DNA from: an uncultured Chloroflexia bacterium | Lineage (GTDB): Bacteria > Chloroflexota > Anaerolineae > Anaerolineales > DRKV01 | DNA length: 64,000 nt | Reading direction: 5' to 3' | Assembly (NCBI GenBank): GCA_963824065.1 | Contig: CAWGNX010000002.1 | Span: 43,243 to 107,242 of the forward strand | Shown: one piece after another, positions 55,472-63,060 of the stretch | How positions within the stretch are numbered: position 1 is the first letter of the stretch | Layout of the letters: every line of letters begins with the position of its first letter | Position numbers and translations under genes: made by a program | Notes under the pieces: generated by a model | The model's input: only the letters and a program-made list of their open reading frames with translations | The model's database searches: none | Told to the model about the DNA's origin: nothing

Positions 55472-57934
55472 TCAGCCTGACGCGCTGATATCCGATCCGG
55501 GGTCGAGGTACAGCCGGTGCTCTTGTGCGCCTTCCTGGGGAGTCTGGGGGAACTGCATCGGGTGGTATGCGCCGCCAAACCAGTCCGTGATCTGGTCGGC
55601 ATAATGCTCGGACGCCGGGCGTCCCGACTGCCCTGGCAGCAGAATGGCGCGTGAATTTGCCAGATTTCCCAGGTCAACAATCATTCGATAGGGCGGGCCA
55701 ACCAGCTGATTGCCCGGCGCCTGGTGCAGGTAACCGCCGGTAGCCCAGACTGTGTTGTGATCGCCGCCAAGCGGGTAGGGACCGCGGTTGAGAAAGGGTG
55801 CCAGGGCCTCCAGCGAACCCAACGGGTGGGCAAGCTTTAGCTGGTGCAGCCTGCTCCAGGCCCAGCCATCCGGGTCGGGACCAAGTTCTGCCCGCAGATA
55901 GTCCCGCGTGGCTGACAGGGCGGTTTTCACGGCTGCGGTGCGCCCCTGCCCGGCACCCAGGTCGTACCAGGGGGACTCTTCCTGGTCGAGCAGCTCCAGC
56001 AGCCATTCCAGGGCGCGCATCCCCATCAACGAGCCCTCCTGCAGCAGGGGAGTGGGTCCCTTGCCAAAGTAATGCTCGCTGAGCCGTAGGCGTTCGGCCG
56101 CCAGTCCACGACCGTCGCTGCCAGCCGGACGGACAACGAATTCGTCCAGCCGTCCGGTGAGCAGCAGCGCCAGCATCTGGCGGTAGAATACTTCATAGAC
56201 CGCAGCCGCGGCGCAATCAGGCTGCAGGCTGCCATCCCAAGCGTGCAGCAGCTCCAGCAGGGGTGCCAGCTCGGGGTCATCAATTGGCAGATCGACAACC
56301 TGGGCGCGCAGGCGGCGCGCCGAGGGGCACACCAGATCAAACTGCATCGTTTCAATAAATTCGGGCGCAACTTTTTCCTGGCTGGCGAGCAGCTCGTGGA
56401 TGCGCAAGGCACGGTCCCCGCTGACTGTCTCGCGGCCCAGGTAGAAGGGGTAATCCGGGCCAACTACCCGGTTGTTGGCGGTGGCAATATAACCCTGGGC
56501 GGGGTTGAGCAGGTGCGGCATGTCCTCGTATGGGATGTACCCCACCCACTCGTAATCTGCCACCCACCCGGGGACGGGAACCTGCCCATCGCCGTTATTA
56601 CGGATGGGGACCCTCCCGCAAAGCGTGTAGCCAATATTGCCTTCCACATCCGCGTAAACTACGTTTTGGGAGGGGGTGTGCCAGTGCCGCAAACCGGCGT
56701 GGAATTCGGCGCAGTTTTTCGCCGCCAAAACATCCTCCAGCAGGCATTCGATCATCATATTCGGTTCCAGGGCAGTCCAGCACAAAGCCAGGGGTGTCTC
56801 TCCAGACAGGTCTGGGGCAAGCTCGTTGATTACCGGCCCGTGGCGGGTGACGACCACCTCGTGCGCGACCGGCGGTTTGCCCTTCACCTGGATAACCTCG
56901 TGCAGCAGGCGCACCGCTTCCCAGCTTCCCATGTATTCGGCTTCCACGCCTCCGGATGCCGTGCGCCGCAAGTGCTCCATGAACAAATCTTGGACGTCTG
57001 GGAAGCCATTGGTGTGGCCCCAGGCCACATGCCCGTTGTGCCCGGCAACGATCCCTGGTATTCCTGGAAATGTCACCCCGGTGACCTGGAGATCGGGACA
57101 CTGCAGGTGGTTTTCGTACCAGATGGCGGGGATGGTGAGCGCCAGGTGCATGTCATTGGCCAGCAGGGGCATCCCGGTGGTCGTGCGCGCCCCTGAAACA
57201 ACCCAATTGTTGCTGCCAACGCCGTCATAGGGTGATGGCCCGCTGAACGGCCTGACCGCGGCAGCTCTTTCGAGGGCGCTCGACCCAATCCCCGAAAAAT
57301 CAAATCCGTACGGGATCACCGTAGGTAGTTCGGCTGCGTAGTCGGGGTCCAGCTGGCGGGCAGCGTCTTTACCCAGGCGGTCAATTAACCGGGCGCGGAT
57401 GATCTCTGTCTCCCAGTTGACTGACAGCGACCAGGCCATCATCTTGATCCAGGCGAGGGTGTCGGCGATGCGCCAGGGCGCGGGCCGGTAGCGCAGCAGG
57501 GTGAATTCCACCGGCAGCGGCTCGAGGCGCAGACAGGCGTTTACGCCGCGCGCATAGGCGCCCAGCATGCGGCGCCCGTTTTCGCTCAGCAATCCAACTT
57601 CAAACTCAGCCACCCGGCGGAGAGTCAGGGTGCGCATCCAGCGGTCGACCGGCAAGCTGACTTCGCCGAGGACTTCAGAAAGCTGCCCGGCGACCAGCCG
57701 GCGGTTGAACTCCATCTGGAAAAAGCGATCCTGGGCGTGCACGAAGCCCTGGGCATAAAACAGGTCGTGTTGGTCGGAGGCAAAAATGTGGGGGATGCCC
57801 CAGTGGTCGCGGGCCACTTCCGCGGGCGCATGCAGCTCCGGCAGAGACAGGCGGCCATCCTGGCGCGCCGGGCGGCTGATTCGTTCCAGGAACGGGGCAG
57901 CAACATTTCCGAGCAGGGTGTTCAGGTTGGGCAT
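55472..57934 (-). CDS. penicillin acylase family protein (Ntn hydrolase, S45)
   Basis: The GSNNWVVSGARTTTGMPLLANDMHL nucleophile region, and about 820 aa of family-like sequence. I start the gene at ATG 57934 (AAAGGA upstream). The track ORF starts at 57964. Confidence 0.9.
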   Translation of the reverse strand: MPNLNTLLGNVAAPFLERISRPARQDGRLSLPELHAPAEVARDHWGIPHIFASDQHDLFYAQGFVHAQDRFFQMEFNRRLVAGQLSEVLGEVSLPVDRWMRTLTLRRVAEFEVGLLSENGRRMLGAYARGVNACLRLEPLPVEFTLLRYRPAPWRIADTLAWIKMMAWSLSVNWETEIIRARLIDRLGKDAARQLDPDYAAELPTVIPYGFDFSGIGSSALERAAAVRPFSGPSPYDGVGSNNWVVSGARTTTGMPLLANDMHLALTIPAIWYENHLQCPDLQVTGVTFPGIPGIVAGHNGHVAWGHTNGFPDVQDLFMEHLRRTASGGVEAEYMGSWEAVRLLHEVIQVKGKPPVAHEVVVTRHGPVINELAPDLSGETPLALCWTALEPNMMIECLLEDVLAAKNCAEFHAGLRHWHTPSQNVVYADVEGNIGYTLCGRVPIRNNGDGQVPVPGWVADYEWVGYIPYEDMPHLLNPAQGYIATANNRVVGPDYPFYLGRETVSGDRALRIHELLASQEKVAPEFIETMQFDLVCPSARRLRAQVVDLPIDDPELAPLLELLHAWDGSLQPDCAAAAVYEVFYRQMLALLLTGRLDEFVVRPAGSDGRGLAAERLRLSEHYFGKGPTPLLQEGSLMGMRALEWLLELLDQEESPWYDLGAGQGRTAAVKTALSATRDYLRAELGPDPDGWAWSRLHQLKLAHPLGSLEALAPFLNRGPYPLGGDHNTVWATGGYLHQAPGNQLVGPPYRMIVDLGNLANSRAILLPGQSGRPASEHYADQITDWFGGAYHPMQFPQTPQEGAQEHRLYLDPGSDISASG

Positions 57935-57994
57935 GGTGAATCCTTTTTGCGAACCAGACTGCATAGATCGGGCCCGGTCTATGCCGGGGGCGGC

Positions 57995-58822
57995 TTAGAG
58001 CCGGGGTTGTTTCCTGCGCATCCGCCAGGCCCAGCCCAGCGCCGCGCCGAGTGAAGCCAGCACAGCCGGGCCCAACCATTCCAGGTTATTCTGGAAGAAG
58101 AGCTGGGCTGCCTGGACCGGGCTGACCTGCACCTCGATCTGGCGCTCGACTACCTGCAGGTCTTTTAAATCTTCGCCGAAGCCAGGGATTTTCACCCGGG
58201 CGGTGACCACCAGGACCAGGTTCTGGGTGCCAGAGGCACGCGGGGTGACGTCCCATGACCACTGCGTATAGGTATCACCTGCAACGATTTGTTCCTCAGA
58301 GCTAAGAGGCAGGATGTCGAATCCGCTGCCGGTCAGGTGGATCTTCATAAATGTTGCGACCTGCAGAGGTTCTTCGATGGGAGCGCCGATGCCGAGCAGT
58401 CCTCCGGACAGGGATTCGTCCGGGTTCAAGCTGATGCGAGCCTCAACCCGCTCGGGCAGACCATATTCCATTTGGGCAGGGGGATTGTACAGCAAGCGGC
58501 CCGTTTCCAGGCGGTCGAGTGCCTGCCGGGCGAGCAGCGCCGGGTCTGGGGCAGGTAAGGCTGCCGACTCCACAGCCGCGGATTCTTCCGCCGGAGCTAC
58601 TGCCGGTGCCTCTTCCGGTGCAGCTGCTTCCGCCGGAGCAGCTTCTTCCGCCGGAGCTACTGCTTCCGCCGGTGCTTCACCGGGCATCTCGGTGGGGGGG
58701 GTTGCGCCTTCCGGTGGAGCGGCTCCGCACCCAGACAGCCCGAGCAGCAGCACTACCAGGATGGGGATCAGCCGGACCAGCGGGATAGGGATGGTTTTTG
58801 GATTTCGGAGCGAGGAATTCAT
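57995..58822 (-). CDS. hypothetical lipoprotein with Pro/Ala/Glu-rich linker and C-terminal TM anchor
   Basis: Lipobox LGLSGC, APAEEAAPAEAAAPEEAP repeats, and a C-terminal LGPAVLASLGAALGWAW + RMRRK. Confidence 0.6.
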   Translation of the reverse strand: MNSSLRNPKTIPIPLVRLIPILVVLLLGLSGCGAAPPEGATPPTEMPGEAPAEAVAPAEEAAPAEAAAPEEAPAVAPAEESAAVESAALPAPDPALLARQALDRLETGRLLYNPPAQMEYGLPERVEARISLNPDESLSGGLLGIGAPIEEPLQVATFMKIHLTGSGFDILPLSSEEQIVAGDTYTQWSWDVTPRASGTQNLVLVVTARVKIPGFGEDLKDLQVVERQIEVQVSPVQAAQLFFQNNLEWLGPAVLASLGAALGWAWRMRRKQPRL

Positions 58823-59112
58823 CGCAACACGCTGCCTTCCACGGTTATTGTATCAAGGAGCAGGAGGGATTACAAATTGGTTCCATGCCGGTAAGAGCCG
58901 ACCCGGACGGGAGGTGCTTCCCGATGCAGCGGGAGGGAGTGGTCATTGCCCTGCGGACACGGTCCTGAAAGATTTCAAAGCCCGAGTGTGCGAAAAGAAC
59001 GGGCGGGACTATGCTACAATCATTGTGTGATCTTTCACAATCGCAAGGCTGGCGCCACTGGCTCGCACGGCGACCGGAATCCAAACGGAAGCGTTCACTA
59101 TCTCCCGCAATT

Positions 59113-59146
59113 GCCGCTGACCAATACTCTCCAGCGGCATTTTTTC
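59113..59146 (+). promoter_or_regulatory. terminator-like hairpin + T6 inside the 5' leader of the fibre-like gene (possible attenuator)
   Basis: GCCGCTG-12 nt-CAGCGGC followed by ATTTTTTC, ending 5 nt before the AAGGAGG RBS of ORF 59163. The candidate extended -10 TGCTACAAT is at 59012-59020. Confidence 0.4.
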
Positions 59147-59162
59147 TATTAAGGAGGATTCC

Positions 59163-60224
59163 ATGCGCACTATCCACAAAATAAAATTTCCTTTCTTCCT
59201 GCTCATGCTGTTTCTGATTGTGATCGGGCTGAGCGCACTGGCATTCGATCTATCGCTGGCTCAGGAACCCCAGCCCCAGCGCCCGGACCGATCCGATGCG
59301 CCGGAGGCCATCAGCGATTTTTTCCCGGTGCAGGGCTATCTGACTGATGAAAATGGTTTTCCTTTGAACGGCGATCAGGTGCTTACCATGCGGCTGTATG
59401 ATGCGAGCTCCGGCGGTACGGCCCTGTGCGAGGATACCCGCACGATTTCAGTGGTGGACGGATTGTTCAGCAAATACATGAATGCATCTACCTGCCCGAT
59501 GGACGGGCGTCAGCTCTACCTGAGCCTCGAAGTAAACTCTGATGGTGAGATGACTCCCCGCCAATTCGTGGATCCAGTGCCCTATGCCTGGACCCTGCGG
59601 CCGGGCGCCACCATCGAGTATGCGCGCGGCAGCGCGTTGCTAAATGTCTCAAACCTTTCAAACGGACCAGGTCTGGTGGCAGAGAGTGCCAGCGGGCCAG
59701 CGATCCGGGCCAGCGGAACAGGCATCATCCAGAGCACAGCGCCGACTTATCTCTGGATCAGCGGCAACGGGGCGCGCCCGTACATGCAGGCGGATTCAAC
59801 CATCATCGATATGGATAACAAAGGCGGGGCGATGATCTACCGGGGCGCGGCGGCGGGGAACAAGAATATCATGCTGCCCATCACCGTCCCAGGTACGCAG
59901 TACGGGCAAACAGCCCAGGTCACCGGGCTGGATGTCTACTGGTCTGGTCAGACGGAATTTGATGGGGTGACGGCTGTCCTGCTGCGGAGGCAGACCGGAG
60001 CCTGCCCCAACTGCTATGCGAGCATCCTGTTTGATACCTCAGACCGCTCCTGCGCGATCGCGGCTCAGCCGGCGGGCTGCATCCAGCATTTCGATTTAAC
60101 CACCAACAACACCTTGAGCAGCAGTTCGGGCGTGCTGTACCTGACGATCGAGTTCAGCTTCAGCGGCGCCTCCACATGGATCAACCTGGGCGGCGTGCGC
60201 CTGACCCTGGAATACGATGGGTAG
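59163..60224 (+). CDS. fibre-like exported protein (cassette B)
   Basis: AAGGAGG RBS and an N-terminal TM/signal (FPFFLLMLFLIVIGLSALAF). The module FFPVQGYLTDENGFPLNGDQVLTMRLYDASSGG...VVDGLFS...RQLYLSLEVNSDGEMTPRQFVDPVPYA is shared with 40677-42107. Confidence 0.7.
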   Translation: MRTIHKIKFPFFLLMLFLIVIGLSALAFDLSLAQEPQPQRPDRSDAPEAISDFFPVQGYLTDENGFPLNGDQVLTMRLYDASSGGTALCEDTRTISVVDGLFSKYMNASTCPMDGRQLYLSLEVNSDGEMTPRQFVDPVPYAWTLRPGATIEYARGSALLNVSNLSNGPGLVAESASGPAIRASGTGIIQSTAPTYLWISGNGARPYMQADSTIIDMDNKGGAMIYRGAAAGNKNIMLPITVPGTQYGQTAQVTGLDVYWSGQTEFDGVTAVLLRRQTGACPNCYASILFDTSDRSCAIAAQPAGCIQHFDLTTNNTLSSSSGVLYLTIEFSFSGASTWINLGGVRLTLEYDG

Positions 60225-60234
60225 GGGGTGGGCG

Positions 60235-60516
60235 ATGCACAGTAGACGGATTGCCTTTCTTATCGCAGCCCTTTGTCTGCTCCTGCTGCTGACTTCCGCA
60301 GTCCAGGCAGCGTCCTCGAATCATTTCCGGATTGATTGGTTGGTGCCGCTCAGCGGGGGAGGCGGGGCAGCCAGCTCGGCTGGTTACGAACTTAAAGTGA
60401 CGGTCGGGCAAACCGGAATATTCCGTTCCACCAGCACAGGATACGCTGCCTCCCTTGGCTTTTGGAGCTTGATGGCGCAGGATTTTCCGGTATTTATGCC
60501 TGTCATCAAACGTTGA
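60235..60516 (+). CDS. small exported protein, paralogue of 40371-40667
   Basis: Signal peptide IAFLIAALCLLLLLTSAVQA, the shared motifs, and a C-terminal FPVFMPVIKR. ATG 60217, which overlaps the upstream stop, is an alternative start. Confidence 0.65.
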   Translation: MHSRRIAFLIAALCLLLLLTSAVQAASSNHFRIDWLVPLSGGGGAASSAGYELKVTVGQTGIFRSTSTGYAASLGFWSLMAQDFPVFMPVIKR

Positions 60517-60556
60517 GCCGCGTTCTCGCAATCGCCAATCGAATTCTGATTTCCCG

Positions 60557-60593
60557 CAGCACCCCGCCCCTGTCTGCGTGGGGCGGGGTGCTG
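60557..60593 (+). terminator. strong stem-loop after the small exported protein gene
   Basis: CAGCACCCCGCCCC-9 nt-GGGGCGGGGTGCTG forms a perfect 14-bp stem. The T tract after it is only weak. Confidence 0.5.
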
Positions 60594-60859
60594 TGGGCTG
60601 CTGATTGTTATTTACCCTGGCTGCCGGGAATACCGCTAAATCTGCAATCTGAAATGCGGAAAACTGCTTCCCAGGACTGGTTCGTTACGTCAATTGTGGG
60701 AAGGATCTGACCAGACAAGCGGGGGTATTAATTCTCGGATCGCATAATGCCTGAAAATCAGGTTTTGTTTCAAATTACCGCCTCGAGTTATTCAGGCTTG
60801 ACCCAACAGGCCAGGTTTGGTTATAACTGGTCTATACCTGTTATCCGGATGGAGAGTGT

Positions 60860-61372
60860 ATGCCTGCCGAAATTCGCCCCATGCCCGACCCCGAGGCTCA
60901 AGTAAGCCTGCGCGAAGTGACTCGCGAGACTGCGCGCGAGATCATGCGCCTGGATGTATCGCCCGATCAAAAGAGATTTGTCGCCCCCAATTCCGTCTCC
61001 ATTGCCCAGGCTTATTTCGACCGCGACCATGCCTGGTTCCGGGCAATTTATGCCGGGGAAGTTCCGGTTGGGTTTGTGATGCTGTATGACGACCCTGAAG
61101 AACCGAAATATTTCCTGTGGCGGTTGATGATCGACGCCCGCTACCAGGGACACGGTTACGGCTGGCGCGCCCTTGAGTTACTGACCGAGCACGTACGCAG
61201 CCGCCCGATGGCGCACTTCCTGTTCACGAGCTGTGTGCCGGTAGAAGGTGGCCCGGGCCCCTTTTATGAAAAATTTGGTTTTCGCTACACCGGTGAGGAA
61301 GATGAAGGTGAGCGGGTCATGAAGCTGGACTTATTCCCGCAACGCACTGGTGGTGAGGTGCAGCCTGATTGA
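60860..61372 (+). CDS. GNAT N-acetyltransferase (diamine/spermidine acetyltransferase-like)
   Basis: [19 protein letters not shown]...FYEKFGF is the acetyl-CoA binding core. Confidence 0.85.
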   Translation: MPAEIRPMPDPEAQVSLREVTRETAREIMRLDVSPDQKRFVAPNSVSIAQAYFDRDHAWFRAIYAGEVPVGFVMLYDDPEEPKYFLWRLMIDARYQGHGYGWRALELLTEHVRSRPMAHFLFTSCVPVEGGPGPFYEKFGFRYTGEEDEGERVMKLDLFPQRTGGEVQPD

Positions 61373-61375
61373 AAC

Positions 61376-61495
61376 CTGGCGGGATACCTGGCGGGATACC
61401 GGGCGGGATACCGGGCGGGATACCGGGCGGGATACTTGGCGGGATACCGGGCGGGAGAACCGGCGGGAGAACCGGCGGGAGAACCGGCGGGAAAA
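61376..61495. repeat. 12-bp tandem repeat, 10 copies (6x ..GGCGGGATAC, 4x ..GGCGGGAGAA/AAAA)
   Basis: Read directly: CTGGCGGGATAC x2, CGGGCGGGATAC x3, TTGGCGGGATAC, CGGGCGGGAGAA, CCGGCGGGAGAA x2, CCGGCGGGAAAA. It starts 4 nt after the GNAT stop. Confidence 0.9.
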
Positions 61496-61589
61496 AACCA
61501 GCTTGCTTTTTTTAAGGTCTGTCTATAGACTTTAATCCAGCGAACGGAGCGAGCACCCCTTGATTGCTTCGGTTTATCGGAGGAGGCTT

Positions 61590-61982
61590 ATGAGTGCAAG
61601 GCAGAATATTTCGTCTGGAACCAGTTGGGAAGCGCTGGGGGGCTATTCGCGTGCCGTCCGGATTGGCAATGTGATTGAGGTTGCGGGCACCGTGGCAGTG
61701 GACGAAAACGGCAACCTGTTCGGTGCCAGCAGCCCGTACAAGCAGGCCATGTATATTTTCACCAAAATTGAACGGGCCTTGCTTACTGCGGGGGGTACTT
61801 TGCAGGATGTCGTGCGCACGCGCATGTACGTAACGGACATCCAGAACTGGGAAGAAATCGCCCGGGCGCACGGCGAGGTCTTCGGCGCAATTCGCCCGGC
61901 GAGCACGCTGATCGAGGTGAAAGGACTGGTGGCTCCAGAGTACCTGGTGGAGATCGAAGCCACCGCAATTCTCAAGATCTAG
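61590..61982 (+). CDS. RidA/YjgF family protein
   Basis: AGGAGG RBS before ATG 61590. GYSRAVRIGNVIEVAGTVAVDENG...VRTRMYVTD...PASTLIEVKGLV..YLVEIEA is the RidA pattern. Confidence 0.88.
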   Translation: MSARQNISSGTSWEALGGYSRAVRIGNVIEVAGTVAVDENGNLFGASSPYKQAMYIFTKIERALLTAGGTLQDVVRTRMYVTDIQNWEEIARAHGEVFGAIRPASTLIEVKGLVAPEYLVEIEATAILKI

Positions 61983-62025
61983 CCGTCCGGTCCAACCGCA
62001 GCCGCTGTCCAGGAGGGAAACTCGC

Positions 62026-62765
62026 ATGGAAACACCGCGTTGGGTGAAACCCGGGGAACAAATGCGGGTGATTGGGCGCGTATTCAGCACACCTGTGGTG
62101 GTGAAGGGCTGGACCTGGCTGCCGGTGCTGCCGGGGGTGGTTTGGCTGCTGCTCGCCTGGCTGGCACGCCGTGGTAGCCCACCGCTCCCGTGGAGAGAAG
62201 CGCTGCTGCGGGGTGCACTCAGCACACCCCCGGTCGTGCTCAGCGAGTGGGGTCATAATTTCGCGCATGCCGGGGCTGCCCACATGGTGCAGCGGCCGAT
62301 GGATTACCTGCGAATCCTCGGCGGCACCCCGCTGGTGGTCTATAACGAGGTTAACGACCGCCAGGTGTCACCTACCCAGCACATGCTGCGCGCCCTGGGT
62401 GGGCCGCTCTTCAACTTGCTGGTGGCACCCCTGGCATGGCTGGCTTACCGGCGGCAGGCGGCTGGCTCACGTGGACAGGCAGTTGCCCGGAATGTGCTGG
62501 CGACCAACCTGCTGATCCCGCTGCTGGGATTGCTGCCGCTGCCCGCCCTGGATGGTGGGCCCCTGTAAAGTGGTCGCTGGTGAGACGCGGCTGCTCCATT
62601 CCCGAGGCCAACCGCGCCGTGCAGTGTGCCAACGCAGCCGGCGCCGCGGCGGGTGGGTTGGTGACAGGGATCGCAGTCCGCCGCCGGAACTGGCTGGGTG
62701 CTATCCTGAGCGCCCAATTGACAGGCATGATGCTGGCTTATGCGCTGGGGTGGCTGCGGGAGTGA
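62026..62765 (+). pseudogene. site-2-protease (M50)-like membrane protein with degenerate HExxH (HNFAH) and one frame break
   Basis: GHNFAHAGAAH and LLPLPALDGGPL are arranged like M50 motifs. The frame continues after the C4 run at 62560-62563 as VKWSLVRRG...LTGMMLAYALGWL. Confidence 0.45.
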
Positions 62766-62802
62766 TAAACTAGCAATATCTCAAAAGATTCAGGAGGCTG
62801 GT

Positions 62803-63039
62803 ATGATCCGCTTGTTTGTTTCTGGCCAATCAGAACCCCTGGCATTGATCACTGACGACCAGCTCAATTTTTTAAAAAACGAGCTGGAAGAAGAATCCCT
62901 GGAAGACCAGGACTATGCAATCACCCAGCTTACCCTGGGGCTGTTCGTTGAAGATGGCATTGACCCCGGTTTGTTAAAGATCTTGCAGGACGCTTTGGGG
63001 GATAAAGACGAAATTACCATCCGCTGGGAAAAGTCCTGA
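62803..63039 (+). CDS. hypothetical small acidic protein
   Basis: AGGAGG RBS 6 nt before ATG 62803. 78 aa: MIRLFVSGQSEPLALITDDQLNFLKNELEEE... Confidence 0.5.
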   Translation: MIRLFVSGQSEPLALITDDQLNFLKNELEEESLEDQDYAITQLTLGLFVEDGIDPGLLKILQDALGDKDEITIRWEKS

Positions 63040-63060
63040 ACCTGCCGTCTTTCATTCAGG

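Noticed and set aside
56243-57196. 317-aa plus-strand ORF in the track
   Set aside because: It is antisense to the penicillin acylase gene, which is a full-length recognisable family member.
59020-59162. c-di-GMP (GEMM) or another known riboswitch in the fibre-gene leader
   Set aside because: I looked for the conserved GEMM-I, TPP, fluoride and ZTP core strings by eye and found none. I retained only the generic attenuator-like hairpin.
61376-61495. Possible CRISPR array
   Set aside because: The units are 12 bp and directly abutting, with no spacers. There are no cas genes in the window.
61350-61535. 61-aa ORF encoding ([12 protein letters not shown])n
   Set aside because: It is simply the 12-bp tandem repeat read in one frame. 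It has no RBS, and it starts inside the GNAT gene.
61512-62225. 237-aa minus-strand ORF in the track
   Set aside because: It is antisense to the RidA gene and the M50-like gene. The composition is low in complexity.
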